From Dissostichus eleginoides (taxonomy: Eukaryota): a stretch of DNA of 64,000 nt. Position 1 is the stretch's first letter; the number at the start of each line of letters is the position of its first letter. Below, piece after piece: positions 1 through 11,833 of this stretch. Below the pieces are notes generated by a model. It was not told the origin of the DNA and made no database searches. It saw nothing but the letters and a program-made list of their open reading frames with translations. Both the position numbers and the translations under genes were made by a program. The DNA lies in NCBI GenBank assembly GCA_031216635.1, contig CM062276.1:7299185-7363184 (forward strand), read 5' to 3'.

Positions 1-900
1 CCACAGGTTGGTGTCCCTCTTCCTGAGAGGGGCTTTACGGCAGCGTCCCCCTAGCACCCCGAAGGCTCCGGCTTGGGACCTGCCCCTGGTGCTGGATGCC
101 CTATCATCTCCTCCCTTCGAGCCCCTGGCCCAGGTGGGGCTTAAATGGCTGTCCATGAAGGCAGCATTTCTGCTTGCCATAACCTCAGGGAAGCGAGTTG
201 GGGAGTTGCATGCCCTCTCTGTGAGCGATACATGCCTGAGGTGGAACTCCGATGGCTCAGGTGTTGCCCTTTGGCCAAATGTGGCGTTCCTGCCTAAGGT
301 GCTACCACAAACCAACTTCAATCAGCCTATCCAGCTGGCACGCTTTGATATTCAACAGGAGAGCGGCACGTCTGAGTTGCTGTGCCCTGTGCTTGCCCTA
401 AGGGCGTATATTGATGCTACTGCCTGTATACGGCAGTCGGATCAGCTCTTCGTTAGCCATGGCGGCATTAAAAAAGGTTGTGCTCTCTCTAAACATTGGC
501 TGTCCCACTGGGTTGTCGATACCATCTCACATGCCTATGGGGCCAGTGGCCGCCCCCTGCCATGAGGGGTGAGATGCCACTCTACAAGGAGCATCTCAAC
601 ATCTTGGGCTGCCCCTGGAGACCATCTGCGCCGCGGCGTCGTGGGAGTCGTCTGGCACATCCTCCAGGTTTTGTTGACCGCCAGAGCATCCTGTCACTCA
701 GAATCCTTGTGTTCTCGTGAGAAGATTCTGGGAACAGATCCTCTGACGACACCGGCAGATATAGCCCGGTGTCACAGGTGACTTTGTTGGTATTGGTACT
801 CGACCTGCGCATGCGCGCGATGGACATATCCAGTGCTTAAAGCACCGCCTCTGGCGGTCATCCGGGATTCATAGAACCGTAGTTACAGTCGTAACTTTCG
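1..900 (+). mobile_element. 3' portion of a DIRS/Crypton-like tyrosine-recombinase retroelement or transposon
   Basis: Recombinase ORF plus a downstream inverted-repeat-containing terminus; the element ends where segmental-duplication copy A begins (~905). Confidence 0.4.
8..565 (+). CDS. Tyrosine recombinase (phage-integrase-like) ORF fragment of a DIRS/Ngaro- or Crypton-like element; 5' end truncated by the window edge
   Basis: 185-aa ORF resembling the XerD-like recombinase ORFs of fish DIRS/Crypton elements; C-terminal segment ...LRAYIDAT...HWLSHWVVDTISHAYGAS resembles the conserved box II region with catalytic Tyr. Followed at 780-900 by a GC-rich region with short inverted repeats (gaaccgtagttac / gtaactttcgttc). 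Confidence 0.5.
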   Translation: MVSLFLRGALRQRPPSTPKAPAWDLPLVLDALSSPPFEPLAQVGLKWLSMKAAFLLAITSGKRVGELHALSVSDTCLRWNSDGSGVALWPNVAFLPKVLPQTNFNQPIQLARFDIQQESGTSELLCPVLALRAYIDATACIRQSDQLFVSHGGIKKGCALSKHWLSHWVVDTISHAYGASGRPLP

Positions 901-904
901 TTCT

Positions 905-3900
905 GCATTTTTATTCAAACACTCTCTTTGTCTTATTACTGAAAATTAAAAAAGTGTTCCTCATTCTGTGAGATGCCTAATATTATCTAAGATATGAACT
1001 GAGCTAATGGAAAATATTCCAGAGACTGCCTTTTCCTTCTATTCATTTAAAATGTTCCACAATCTGGTCTAGAGTGACTTATTCAACATCGTCTGAATAT
1101 CCGTCTGATTTTAAAATGTTTATTTAGCGCAATACTTTTAGATTTTAGTCTTTAAATGAAGTTTGAAATTGTTTTGTTCCTCCTCCCTAAATCTTGTTGT
1201 ATTAAAATTAGATATCAAATAGCGACAGCAGGAAACAAACAAAGTCGCTGAGAGGCTGAGGCCGGGGCTGTTTGCTATTGTGTGACACGCTACAAAAAAG
1301 TACTTGCTGAGATCAAAAACTCTGTTGAAAAATAATGTAGTTTAATGAGAACTGGGATGATCAACTTATTTTCCTTGGACAGAGACATTGTTATAATAAT
1401 CAAAGCAATCATTTAAACTTGCGGACAACAAAAAGTAAACGACCCTGTGTCACCCTCTCTTCCACACACACACCTCACGCAGGTGAACAGGATTTTAATG
1501 AGTGCCGCCCATATCCATGTGACCCAAGCCAACCAATCAATTGTGATCAAACAAAAATCTTATATTAAGACAATACGCATTACTATATATGCTTCATGAC
1601 TCCTACAGCCGCTAAATTGAAACACTTTTGTCCTGTGAACCAATTAACCATTAAAAAGAGATCTATAAAACATCACACTGTTATTAACACAAAGTATTCA
1701 TGCATATTTTTATTCATTTGTGTTTCATTAAACCCAAAGTCTCTCGTTTTGTCTGTACTATTAAAAAACAACCTTGACTTGAAATTAGAAACGTTCTTTA
1801 GATAAGACTCATACGATAAGAGAAGTAAAGATATGGTTGTATCAGCACCTCCTTAGTTAAACACAGCCACCAGCCCACCACTCAAACACAGTATGTTGAT
1901 CCTGTTCTTTTGCTACTTTTCTGTTCATTGACTTTGAACCTATTTTGCTGTTAAGGAGTCAGGAATTCTTCTTTGAGGAAACGTATTGTAATGAGATTTA
2001 TTAAACATGCCTCTTAATGGTTTCCGTTACAGTAAGAGCAGAATAGGACATTAAATACAACATGCACACCCAGAGTAAACTCATCAAGGTTTTTAAGATT
2101 ATTTTACTGAGAGCTAATTATTATTAATCAGCACTAAAAACTATGAGGAGTGAAAATCTTTCAATAAGAGAAATTAACACATTTGTATTGAGCTATTTGT
2201 ATATATCGAATTCTATTTTTAAAGCCTTGTGGTTTGCAGAATTCGCCTCTTATATTTTAATTTATTATCACCTTAATTCGTTTTTCTACCCATCCAAAAA
2301 TAAAAAAATGGCTTTTCAAATTGTTTACAAAGTACTTTACTGTAATAAGCAGCAATTCCTTGATGTAAAAATACATTTTTTTACCAGCACAAGTGCTTTC
2401 AATACTGTAGTTTTATTAGAAAAGGTTAAAAACAAAGTACTCGTTATACTGTAATATTTCTTGCAATACTCAAATCCAACAATAGAAAATAAAGAAAATG
2501 ATCATAATGTATTTGTTTGACTCTTGCTTCAGCTCTCTGTCCCGCCTAGTGGTGAGTGTTATCCACAGCACCACAGGACATCTTTAATGAATCTTTTCGA
2601 TGTCTAAATGTCCAAAATCGAGTCTTTTTTTGTTTGTTTTTACTTTATCCCAATTTTTTCTTCCAGAATAAATTAGCATTTGTCACCTTTTGTGAAATTG
2701 TTGACTTATTGTTTGTGTAAATGTGTCGTCAATGTCAGAGATCAAAAAACGTGTGAAGGGATGAGGAAATAAAAGTGTCGTTCAGTTTCACAATCCAATA
2801 AGTCTAATAATTTATTTGTTCTGTAAAGGTCTCTACACACCAACCTGAGACCAAAGAACGCGTACCGAAGGCGTCCCGACTTTTACGTCAGCTACGTCGG
2901 GCTTCGTTGGCTTCGTCGGATAAAGCTGCCCGCCTACGAACACACCGCAAATACTTCAGCCGACGAGTGGCAATAACTCTCCTTACCAGCAGGCGGCGGT
3001 AGTGTGTATTCGTCATTCAAAAGAGGCAACAACCGGAAGACAGACTGCGTTTTATACACCGAGAGAAGAAGAACAGACTTAGTAATATAAACAGTTGATC
3101 AGTTGGTCTTCACTTTCTTCATTCCATGCCGTCATGATAAAAAAGAAACTCTTGCGTCCGGGTGAGATGAAAATGAGGAAGATTAGCCGTCTGTGTGTGC
3201 CTTCTTATCGTTTGTTTTGGTCCCTCACTTCCGCTTCACTTCTGATGCACTGATTCGCTAAGCTGAACAGCCAATCAGAGTGATTGATTTGTCCCGACGT
3301 TCTTTGGCCTCCCGCGGCCTCCCGCCGCCGATTCAACAGGTTGAATCGGCGGCGGGAGGAGGCGGGAGGAGGCGGGAGGGTTGAAAATGTGCCGTAAAGA
3401 GACGACACACCACCTGAGTAGTGCGACGCGAATGCCCGACTGCCTCTGACGGCTTCGGACGGCCTCTGACTCCCAAAGTCGGGCCGGTGTGTAGAGGCCT
3501 TAAGAAACCAGCACCATAAAAAATATTTACCCATATAAAATACATAGGCCTACAGTGAACATATACAAATACGAGACGACAGAAGACACCGCTGATGAAT
3601 ACAGAAACACAGTAATACATCAAGAAGTGACATGAAATACAGCAAACCTGACATGAAGGAGTCAGGTTAAAGTGCATCGGTCAACATTTTGTTAACTGGA
3701 TTTAAAAAAAGACAAAAAATGATTTGACACCAAGGAACATTTGACATAATTCCTGTGTTTCTCCGGTTTAAAAAACCCAAAAAAAGGCACATTATAGACT
3801 TAAAGAGTCCCAAAAAAGTTATCCCTGAAGCACCAGAACTAAAGAAATGAACAGACACCGTGTTTCAGAAACACACGTTGAAGACTTAAATATAAATGTG

Positions 3901-4665
3901 TCTCATAACATCGATAAAGAAGTCATTATCATAATAGTAGCAGCATCTCCACTGTACTGTATCTGACATAATTGGCAGTGTTGAGGTATAACATACAGAG
4001 ACATGTATATTGTATGACTCCATGTAATACATGTGTACCATATTGTTTGTGTAAGTAGCTGCGACTACTACTGTGTTCATTGGATAGCTGAAGCACATGA
4101 TGGTGATGTCACTACCTGGGGTATAAGACCGTTGGAGTCACGCCCCTTCTCTCTCTGTCCTTAAGTCGACCTGTGTGCATCTAATAAATAACGACGTGAT
4201 GAATGGCTAAACTTGAGCTGCTGAGAATAGTCACCTTTCTGCTGCAGGGAGACAAAAGGTATAAGTCTAAATCTGCTAACAGGCAGCGAGGTCAGATGTT
4301 GCATTTCTATTCGGATGCCATGCCAAAAAATATTTATATAAAAAGGAGCCTCAGCTTTCGGGAGTAAAAAAAGAGGAAGAGGAAGTTATAACTCCTACTG
4401 TAGATTTGAAAATGTAGTGGTAACATCCATAAAGACAGAAGTCCATAAATGCAGCTTTTTGGCCCTGAAGTTTTCTCTCAACACAATATCAGAACATTCT
4501 AAATAACAGCATTATCACGTAACATTTCTACACACAGGGTCTTTACTTTCTTTATAAAAGCTAAACCAAAAAGTTTGATGAATTGTTGTTGCAAAATCCG
4601 AACCCAGAACAGTTCACTACATTTCCAGTAATCTCTCATGATTAAATGATGGGATCAGACCTAAA
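905..4665. repeat. Segmental duplication copy A, paralogous to 21045-25328
   Basis: Colinear alignment seen by eye: 940-1830 ~ 21090-21575, 1834-2825 ~ 23341-24590, 3490-3980 ~ 24590-24965, 4276-4665 ~ 24965-25328. Copy A carries private insertions at 2826-3490 (GC-rich, with a perfect palindrome) and ~3981-4275. Confidence 0.75.
3317..3358. repeat. Perfect 20-bp-arm palindrome (hairpin) with a 2-bp spacer, in a GC-rich insert
   Basis: ggcctcccgccgccgattcaac-ag-gttgaatcggcggcgggagg(ag); the arms are exact reverse complements, followed by a (ggcgggagga)x3 tandem. Confidence 0.8.
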
Positions 4666-5291
4666 GTCATGGTTTGTTATGTGTACCATGATGCATTTTC
4701 AACATGAGTATAACAACTCTGTTAATGACATGACTCCACAAACAATTACAATTAAAATGTAATTTAATCATTTATTATTTCCCTTTAAAAAGTATTTTAC
4801 AGTCACAGTACATTTTGTAAATATTCACAATAATGACACAGCTGGTTTGGCTTGGGTTTCCCTGAATGTGTGTTGAAGTTTACTTTAGTTTCAGTAAACA
4901 ATTCAAAGCCTGCAAATGTGTGTTTATAAAAAACTACCTGAGGTGCTAGATAGGCTGGATCAGATGGAAACATATTACATAAATGCAAAACTGTAATTAC
5001 AACACTTTTTCTATAGCCCTATGCAGGAAATTAATAACATCATTAATAATAATAATAATAATAATACATGGGATTTTTATAGCGCTCTTCCTAATGCTCA
5101 AAGACGCTTTACATAAAACCAATTAAGTGTTTCATCTGGAGTTTGATCACAAAGTACATCTCATGAACAAACAAAGTGCAAAATTACCTTCAAACATGTC
5201 TTAATGAGTTCAGTGAAAATATTTAATAAATAGCTTGACACTCGGTTTATTTCTTTCTTCATGGCATCAAACTGGACAGCTCTTCCTCCTC

Positions 5292-5344
5292 TCAGACTCT
5301 CAGCAGGACGGACAGCGTGAGGACGCTCAGCAGGAGCAGCACGG
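5292..5344 (-). CDS. DOMON gene terminal coding exon: transmembrane anchor plus stop
   Basis: ctccctccag|CCGTGCTGCTC...; with the 1-nt carry-over reads AVLLLLSVLTLSVLLRV-TGA (hydrophobic helix, stop at 5292-5294). Confidence 0.5.
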
Positions 5345-8300
5345 CTGGAGGGAAGGAGAAAGAAGATGTTAATCACAAAATGTTGAATCATTAGGCTCTT
5401 CCTCCTCTGCTGTTTAATTGTTACCATGGCGCCTCCTTTTTTGTCTTTTGTTTACAGATATCCAGTTTTATATGCAGAGGTTTAAAAAAAGATGGATCCT
5501 AGTTAAATACCTTCACCCAAATACCATGTGAATTAATGGAGGTTTTTTTGTCTAAGAATCTCCCTTCTACTCTAGATGATCCTCTAAACATGTCATTTGT
5601 ATCGTGATATGGTCATATTTCAACCTGGTTTAAAAAACTCATAATTGTACGTCATACAAAGTTATAATATAGTAGAGCATTAAAAAGTCATAATATGCCA
5701 CATGTTATGCCACGTTACAAAGGAAAAAAATATGCTTTAAAAAGCAATTGCAAAAAATCAAAGTATGTCATAGAAAATATAGTAGGTTATAACAAAATAT
5801 CATAACAATCATGGTATAATAAGTACTTATAGATGCCATGAGTATCAACAAATGTCATATTATAGCATGCCATTAAAAAAACATAGAAAATTATGTAATA
5901 AAACATTCTCAAAAAAGTCAAAAACAAATAAGGACAATGAAGCCTTAAAAAAAATGGTTTAATACGGTGAGCATCACAGATGTAATTCCAACCCATTGTT
6001 TAAATAATTAATACTAAATTCCATATTTCCAGGACACAATCGGAACAATACAAACGTTTTTCCTCCTCCCACCCTTTACTGATCTTATCTCTCAGTATCT
6101 AGTAACTAGTCGTGGATTGCTCTCAAATGTGTTGAATCAGGACACCATATACCTCTGGACCGAAGCTTCGGAAAACCTCAAGCTGGAGAGAAATGATATG
6201 TGTGTATTTTCTTACCATGAGGCTGGAGAGCTCCACTGTTGTTGGGCATGGTGGTCTTGTTGGGCATGGTGGTGTTGTTGGGCATGGTGGTGGGTGCTGG
6301 GACGTTGCTGTCGGGTTTGGTGAGGTCCAGTGGTTTGCTGTCGAGCAAGCGAATGAAGAGACCAAAATCACCTGAACAATCACAAGAGGAGGACAAATCA
6401 GTGGGAGGCTAGACATGTATTGACAGCCCTTTAATATATAGTAGAATGCATTAAAGGTCCCCTCATGCTGTTTTTCATCAATATATTATAGGTCTCAGAT
6501 ATATACAAAACATGTCTCTGAAGTGTTTGGCTCCAAACACCAAACAGATTGCAGCATCCCATAATCCCCTCTGTTTCAGCCCTGTTTCTAAAGTGCTGAT
6601 TCTCTGTCTGTTACTTCAGAGGAAAATAAGGAGCCACTCCCCACGCCCCTCTGATACCTCATTCACACCAACGCAACTCCGGTTCAAGCTCCGTGCTAGA
6701 GCTTTTCAGGTTCAGAACCGGTTCTTCGGTTTAGCTCCGCTCTTTTCACACCGCCCAGAGTCCGACTGGTGCTGCGTCATCGTTTGTCATGACGTAACCG
6801 TTTGCGTGCCTGCTTCATAAAGCCAAACCGCGCGGAAACCCCTCACAGCTCACACCGACAACAACAACAATGGCGATTGTGTTGAAGCGCTACTCGTTTT
6901 GGTTTTGCTCTGTCGAAACGAGTAGGTAGCTGGTCTCTTCAGTGGACCACTGCTGCTTGTTAAGTTCTCCATCGTTATGTACAAACTGGATAAAATGCGG
7001 GCTTTTTGTTGTTGTTCAGGAGTTGATCCCGCCACTGCCCCCGCCCCCGCCCCCGCCTCGACGTAAGCGTGACGTATGCGGTGCTTTTGCTCTAGCCGGA
7101 CAATTTTTTGGTGCTTGAAACGAACCGGATTCCGGAGCTAAGAGGCTGCTCCGCTGCGGTGTACATTGGTTGGTGATTGGCTAATGGTTACACAAGCCAA
7201 AAAATCGTTATGACATCATAAAGTGGCCAAAATCTGATCAGCTCATTTTCAGACAGGTTTTTATATAAATGGATCAGGACAAAAAGAGAGAGAATCTTTG
7301 TTCCTGAAACTTTCAGAATCTCTTTACACAGAGGGGACCCATGTTTGATGTAGAAAGACATGAAGAACTGGATTTTGCATAATAGGTGACCTTTAAATAC
7401 AGAATCATATCAAATCAGTAAACGTTTCAAAGTGGAAGCAGTTCATCTGTTCTTATCTCTGGATATAAGCGTGCAAATCTGTAAAAAACAGTAAATAATC
7501 AAGCACTGTGTTTACTTACTTCCGTCGAAGCTTCCGTTCCCGAGCAGGACGAAGAAGGTAGTGTCTTCACTGCTCCTGGTGTTGGAGGCGTTCACGTTGG
7601 GGACAGTGAACTCACACTTGATCATATTTCCGTTCAAGCCACGGATTTCTTTCACTCTCTAGAAAAAGATAGATAATGTAATAACTGTTTCCAAGGCTGT
7701 GTGCTGAAGCCAAGGATAAACACTGCTTCACTGAGCAACTCGAATCTAACAGCAGCTGCCTCTCAAAACCAGACTTTTCAGATCAGTTTTCACATGTACA
7801 AATCTAATGTACAATCTAATTTTGGCATTTGATTGCAAACAGGTGGGTGACAAAAAAAAGAAATGAACGATCTCTCTAGATTAAGAAACTATCATTATTC
7901 TAAATTAAATGTGTGACAGTTGAATGAATGGACAATAATCTGAGTATCTGAGCAATATGTGCATTCATTAAATCACTATCATTTTCTCATATTAAGATTA
8001 AATTGTAAGCAGTAGAAAAAAAGATATGAAGGTATTTCAATTTCTGGTCCTCCATTGTTTCATATCACATAAATAAGTAAATTTCCCTAAGTGTGAATAC
8101 ATGAATATGCCAACATCTCTCTGTATGAGTGTACATTTGAGATCTCACCCTCTCAGTTGGAGTGAGCATATTGCTAGTGTTGTTCATCTGCATTGTCCGG
8201 AAGAAGAACGTCCCGTTGTCCGAGCTGTTCTGAGCGCAGATGAAAAGCATGCTGGTACCCTGCGGAAAGAAATATTGGTGAAAAGATGAGATGAAGTGAA

Positions 8301-8400
8301 GACAGTGACACATTGCTACAGTACAGTGTCTTTGTTAAGGCTAGGAATACGACAATAAAGAGATGAACAACTCTGGAGTTTAGTTTCCAGCTCTCATTGT

Positions 8401-8476
<76 letters not shown>

Positions 8477-11400
8477 TCCCTGTTTGCATCATGTCTTTTT
8501 GTGTTCCTGTCAAGGTCTCACATAGTTCTGGAAAGTCATTGCACATTATGCCTCAAGATATTCGTGTAAAAAAACTCTGATTTGTTGATGTGGAGAATAG
8601 AATAGAAAACAGGAGAAAAATGCCCCTTTTGCTAAATTATAATAACAACTTTGACAGAGTGTTTGGAGACAGGAGGAAAATTCAGGAAAAATCACAGAAT
8701 TTTTAAGATTAAAGTTATTACAAATACAACTTGATGTTCTCTGAGATTTGAGTGCTCGATTTACAATAAAACGTTTAAATACAAGAAAAATACTTAAATA
8801 AATTGTGAAATGATTTTGTCATAGTCGTTGGAGAAAACGTGATAACAAAATAACGAGAAAAAATGGGTGTTGTTTTAAAAAACAAATGTATGAGGCATCA
8901 AGAGTGTACCAATTATACTTAGAAAAGACAGAAAGGCAGCAGCACAATACACAAACACAAGAAGGTCATTGTAAAGCATGAAAGTATAATATTCAACTTA
9001 TTTTTAAGTGGTCTTATGCTATATATCTTCAGCGTTTAAAGAAGTTGCACAGTTAATGACAGTCTGACATTTTCCTTCAGTTTAAATCTTAGTTTAAATG
9101 TATGAAATGTTATATTTTGCATCTGGGTAATGTTGCGTGACACACAAGAGGAAACATTGACGCGCGATTACATAACACATCTTTGTAATATCAGGTAATA
9201 AAACACCGGTTTATTACTTCTCTATGGAAACAAAGCAGCCGTATAGTGTTTCTCAAACAAATGTAGGCAAATATTATGTTATTATGTGTCCTATTTCAGG
9301 GGCTGGATCCTCTAAACCAGTGGTTCTCAACTGGTCAGGCCTCGGGACCCACTTTTTCCTTTGTCAATAAATCGCGACCCAAAATTTGAACCACTCAAAT
9401 CTATTCAACAACAAAATCGTGCAGTAATATATATACGCTTTTCAGCAGACAATGTTAATTAAAGTGAAGTACAGTGCATATATCCCTTATACCCCTTCAC
9501 AGAACTAAAGTATGCTTTAAAAAAAGGTTTAATGAGAAGATGGAATCAAAGCTGAACTGTATAACATAAAAAGGCACACGTGCTGAAAACCCAACCCCAG
9601 AAGGGGGGTCTGGGGGGATTCTCCCCCAGGAGATTTTTAAAAATACTAACATATAAACTACGCATTCTGGTACACTCTGAGAAGAAAATAAATAAATCTA
9701 TTACTACCCGACATATTAATAATATTTGATGCCATTGTTTTTCACTTTGTTCTGACAGCTGAACTTGCTGCTCCTCACAGAGAGAAGAGTAAAGAGGAGA
9801 GAGTGTGAATTACTTTAAATTGTGGGTAGGGTAGATACCCCCCATTGTTCTGTGACCTGTCAATCATCAAACCGGGGGTCATATTTCATTACGTGTTCAT
9901 TTCTATCTGAAGTTCATGGATGTATAAAGAATAGTTCTACCGCAAAGTTATTCTCCGTGGGGACTTCCGGCAACAATCTTGATTCTGATTGGCCAGAAGA
10001 CTCGAAAAAACATCAGCAAAGATGTTTGATTGAGAAGATGATCACTACGTGACAGAAGTTTTCAAAACCGTTTATGGTCTCCGGTACTTCCAGTCCGACG
10101 CCGACTGCATGCACAGCGTTAGAAAATCGGGCCTTCAAAATAAAAGTTTGACTTTTTTCCAAGTCAAGTTTTTTCTTCACTCACACATCTGCGACCAGAG
10201 TTGGGTGTAATATTACTTTTGTCGGTAACGGAGTAGTGTAACGCGTTACTAACATTGCCCCGACACGCGTTACTTCGTTACTTTTATAAAATCAGTCATA
10301 ATCACACTGACAGACAAGAGGGGTTTCCGCCGCAGGTTTATATGTACGTAATCTGCGCGACTCGCGCGTCCACATCTCCACGTGCAGTGCTGCATAAACA
10401 TGGCTGAGTCAGCGATAACTTTCGAGGGGTGGAGGTATGCCCATTATTTTGAGTTCGTCCGAAGAATAGACAGGAATGTGACGGTGAGGTGCAAACTGTG
10501 TCCAGGCCAGAAGCTTTTATCCACTGCTGTAAACACCACGTCAAACCTCAGCAAACACCTGCAAAGAACACATGCTAAGGTGAAGCTAATATCTAAGGAC
10601 CCCGAACCCAGAGTGAGGATGTTGTTTTATACAGGCTATTTATTTGTAAAGTATTTGTTTATTTTGCCAGTGTCACATCACATTGATATGGCCCACTTGT
10701 TCCTTTATTACAATTTTTCTCTTGAAATGCTCTTTACGTTTCACAGACTGTTAGCTTGTTGTGGTAGGCTGGTAGCCTATTTTATTAAAGAGCATAAGAA
10801 AGACTTGTGTTATGTCTTCCTTATTGCAATAGTAATTGGGGTGCAAGTGGAGTCTCGCAGAGGCAAAACTGTGGCGCGCTTACACTGTAGGTGCGCCGCA
10901 GTCTGCGTGATCTGCCTGTAGGGATGGGCGGGCCGGACCTGCGAGTAAAGTAACGAGTAAAGTAACGAGTTACTTTATGTAGAGAGTAACAAAGTAGTGT
11001 AATATATTACTTTTTTTTAAAGTAATATGTAATATGTAATATATTACTTTTTTTTAGTAACGACCCCATCTCTGTCTGCGACCCACTCGAAACGGGTCCG
11101 CGACCCACTTTTGGGTCGCGACCCACCAGTTGAGAACCACTGCTCTAAATCCCACGTCTTTAGACACAACAAACATGAAACAGACAGAGAGAGACACTGA
11201 ATCCTCTTTGGCACAAAGCCTGCCGGAGACACAATGATGTTTTCTCTACGCTCTTCAGTATTTTACAATGGAAACAATGTCCTTATCAACTGAATAAATA
11301 TTTGATCATGTCAATACATATCACATGATGCTACTTCACATGAGATGGTATTCATGTAGTCATGAGATCCTGGTGACTTGTGTCAAGATAGTCAGTTTGC

Positions 11401-11792
11401 TTTGCTGGGAGCTTAGACATCACAATGGGGCGTAACATAAAGATATATCCTGTCGTCAGAATAACTCATAAAACCTGTCTCCCACTGCTGATTCATTTCT
11501 AAAAAAAGTGGGATTAGAAGCAGGATAACAATGCTGATTTATGGTTTTAACTTTTATATTCAGTAGGTGAATCCATTATGTCTTAAACGACTGTGTGTGA
11601 GCTTCACTGTATCTATTTAACTGTAATGATTTTAGCTTTAAACTGTAGTATATGGTCACTGTTGCTCTATAGTCTGAATATGATAAATGAACGGCAGGTT
11701 ATATTTTTTTAAAGAAATCTCTGAGCAGAGGACACATTATTTAAATATCTTGGTTTCGTATTGTTTGTTTTGTCTCTGTGTTCACCCGAGAT

Positions 11793-11833
<41 letters not shown>

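Noticed and set aside
5040-5110. (AAT)n plus atagcgctcttcc...gacgctttacat motifs resembling LINE2/SINE 3' tails; another such stretch lies at 59205-59300
   Set aside because: They are only ~70-90 bp, with no RT or SINE body attached, so this is not enough to call elements. They are possibly eroded L2-tail-derived fragments.
10382-10921. The BED-finger ORF read as a host zinc-finger gene
   Set aside because: It lies wholly inside a TIR- and TSD-bounded hAT-like element and degenerates after the finger, so it is a transposase remnant.
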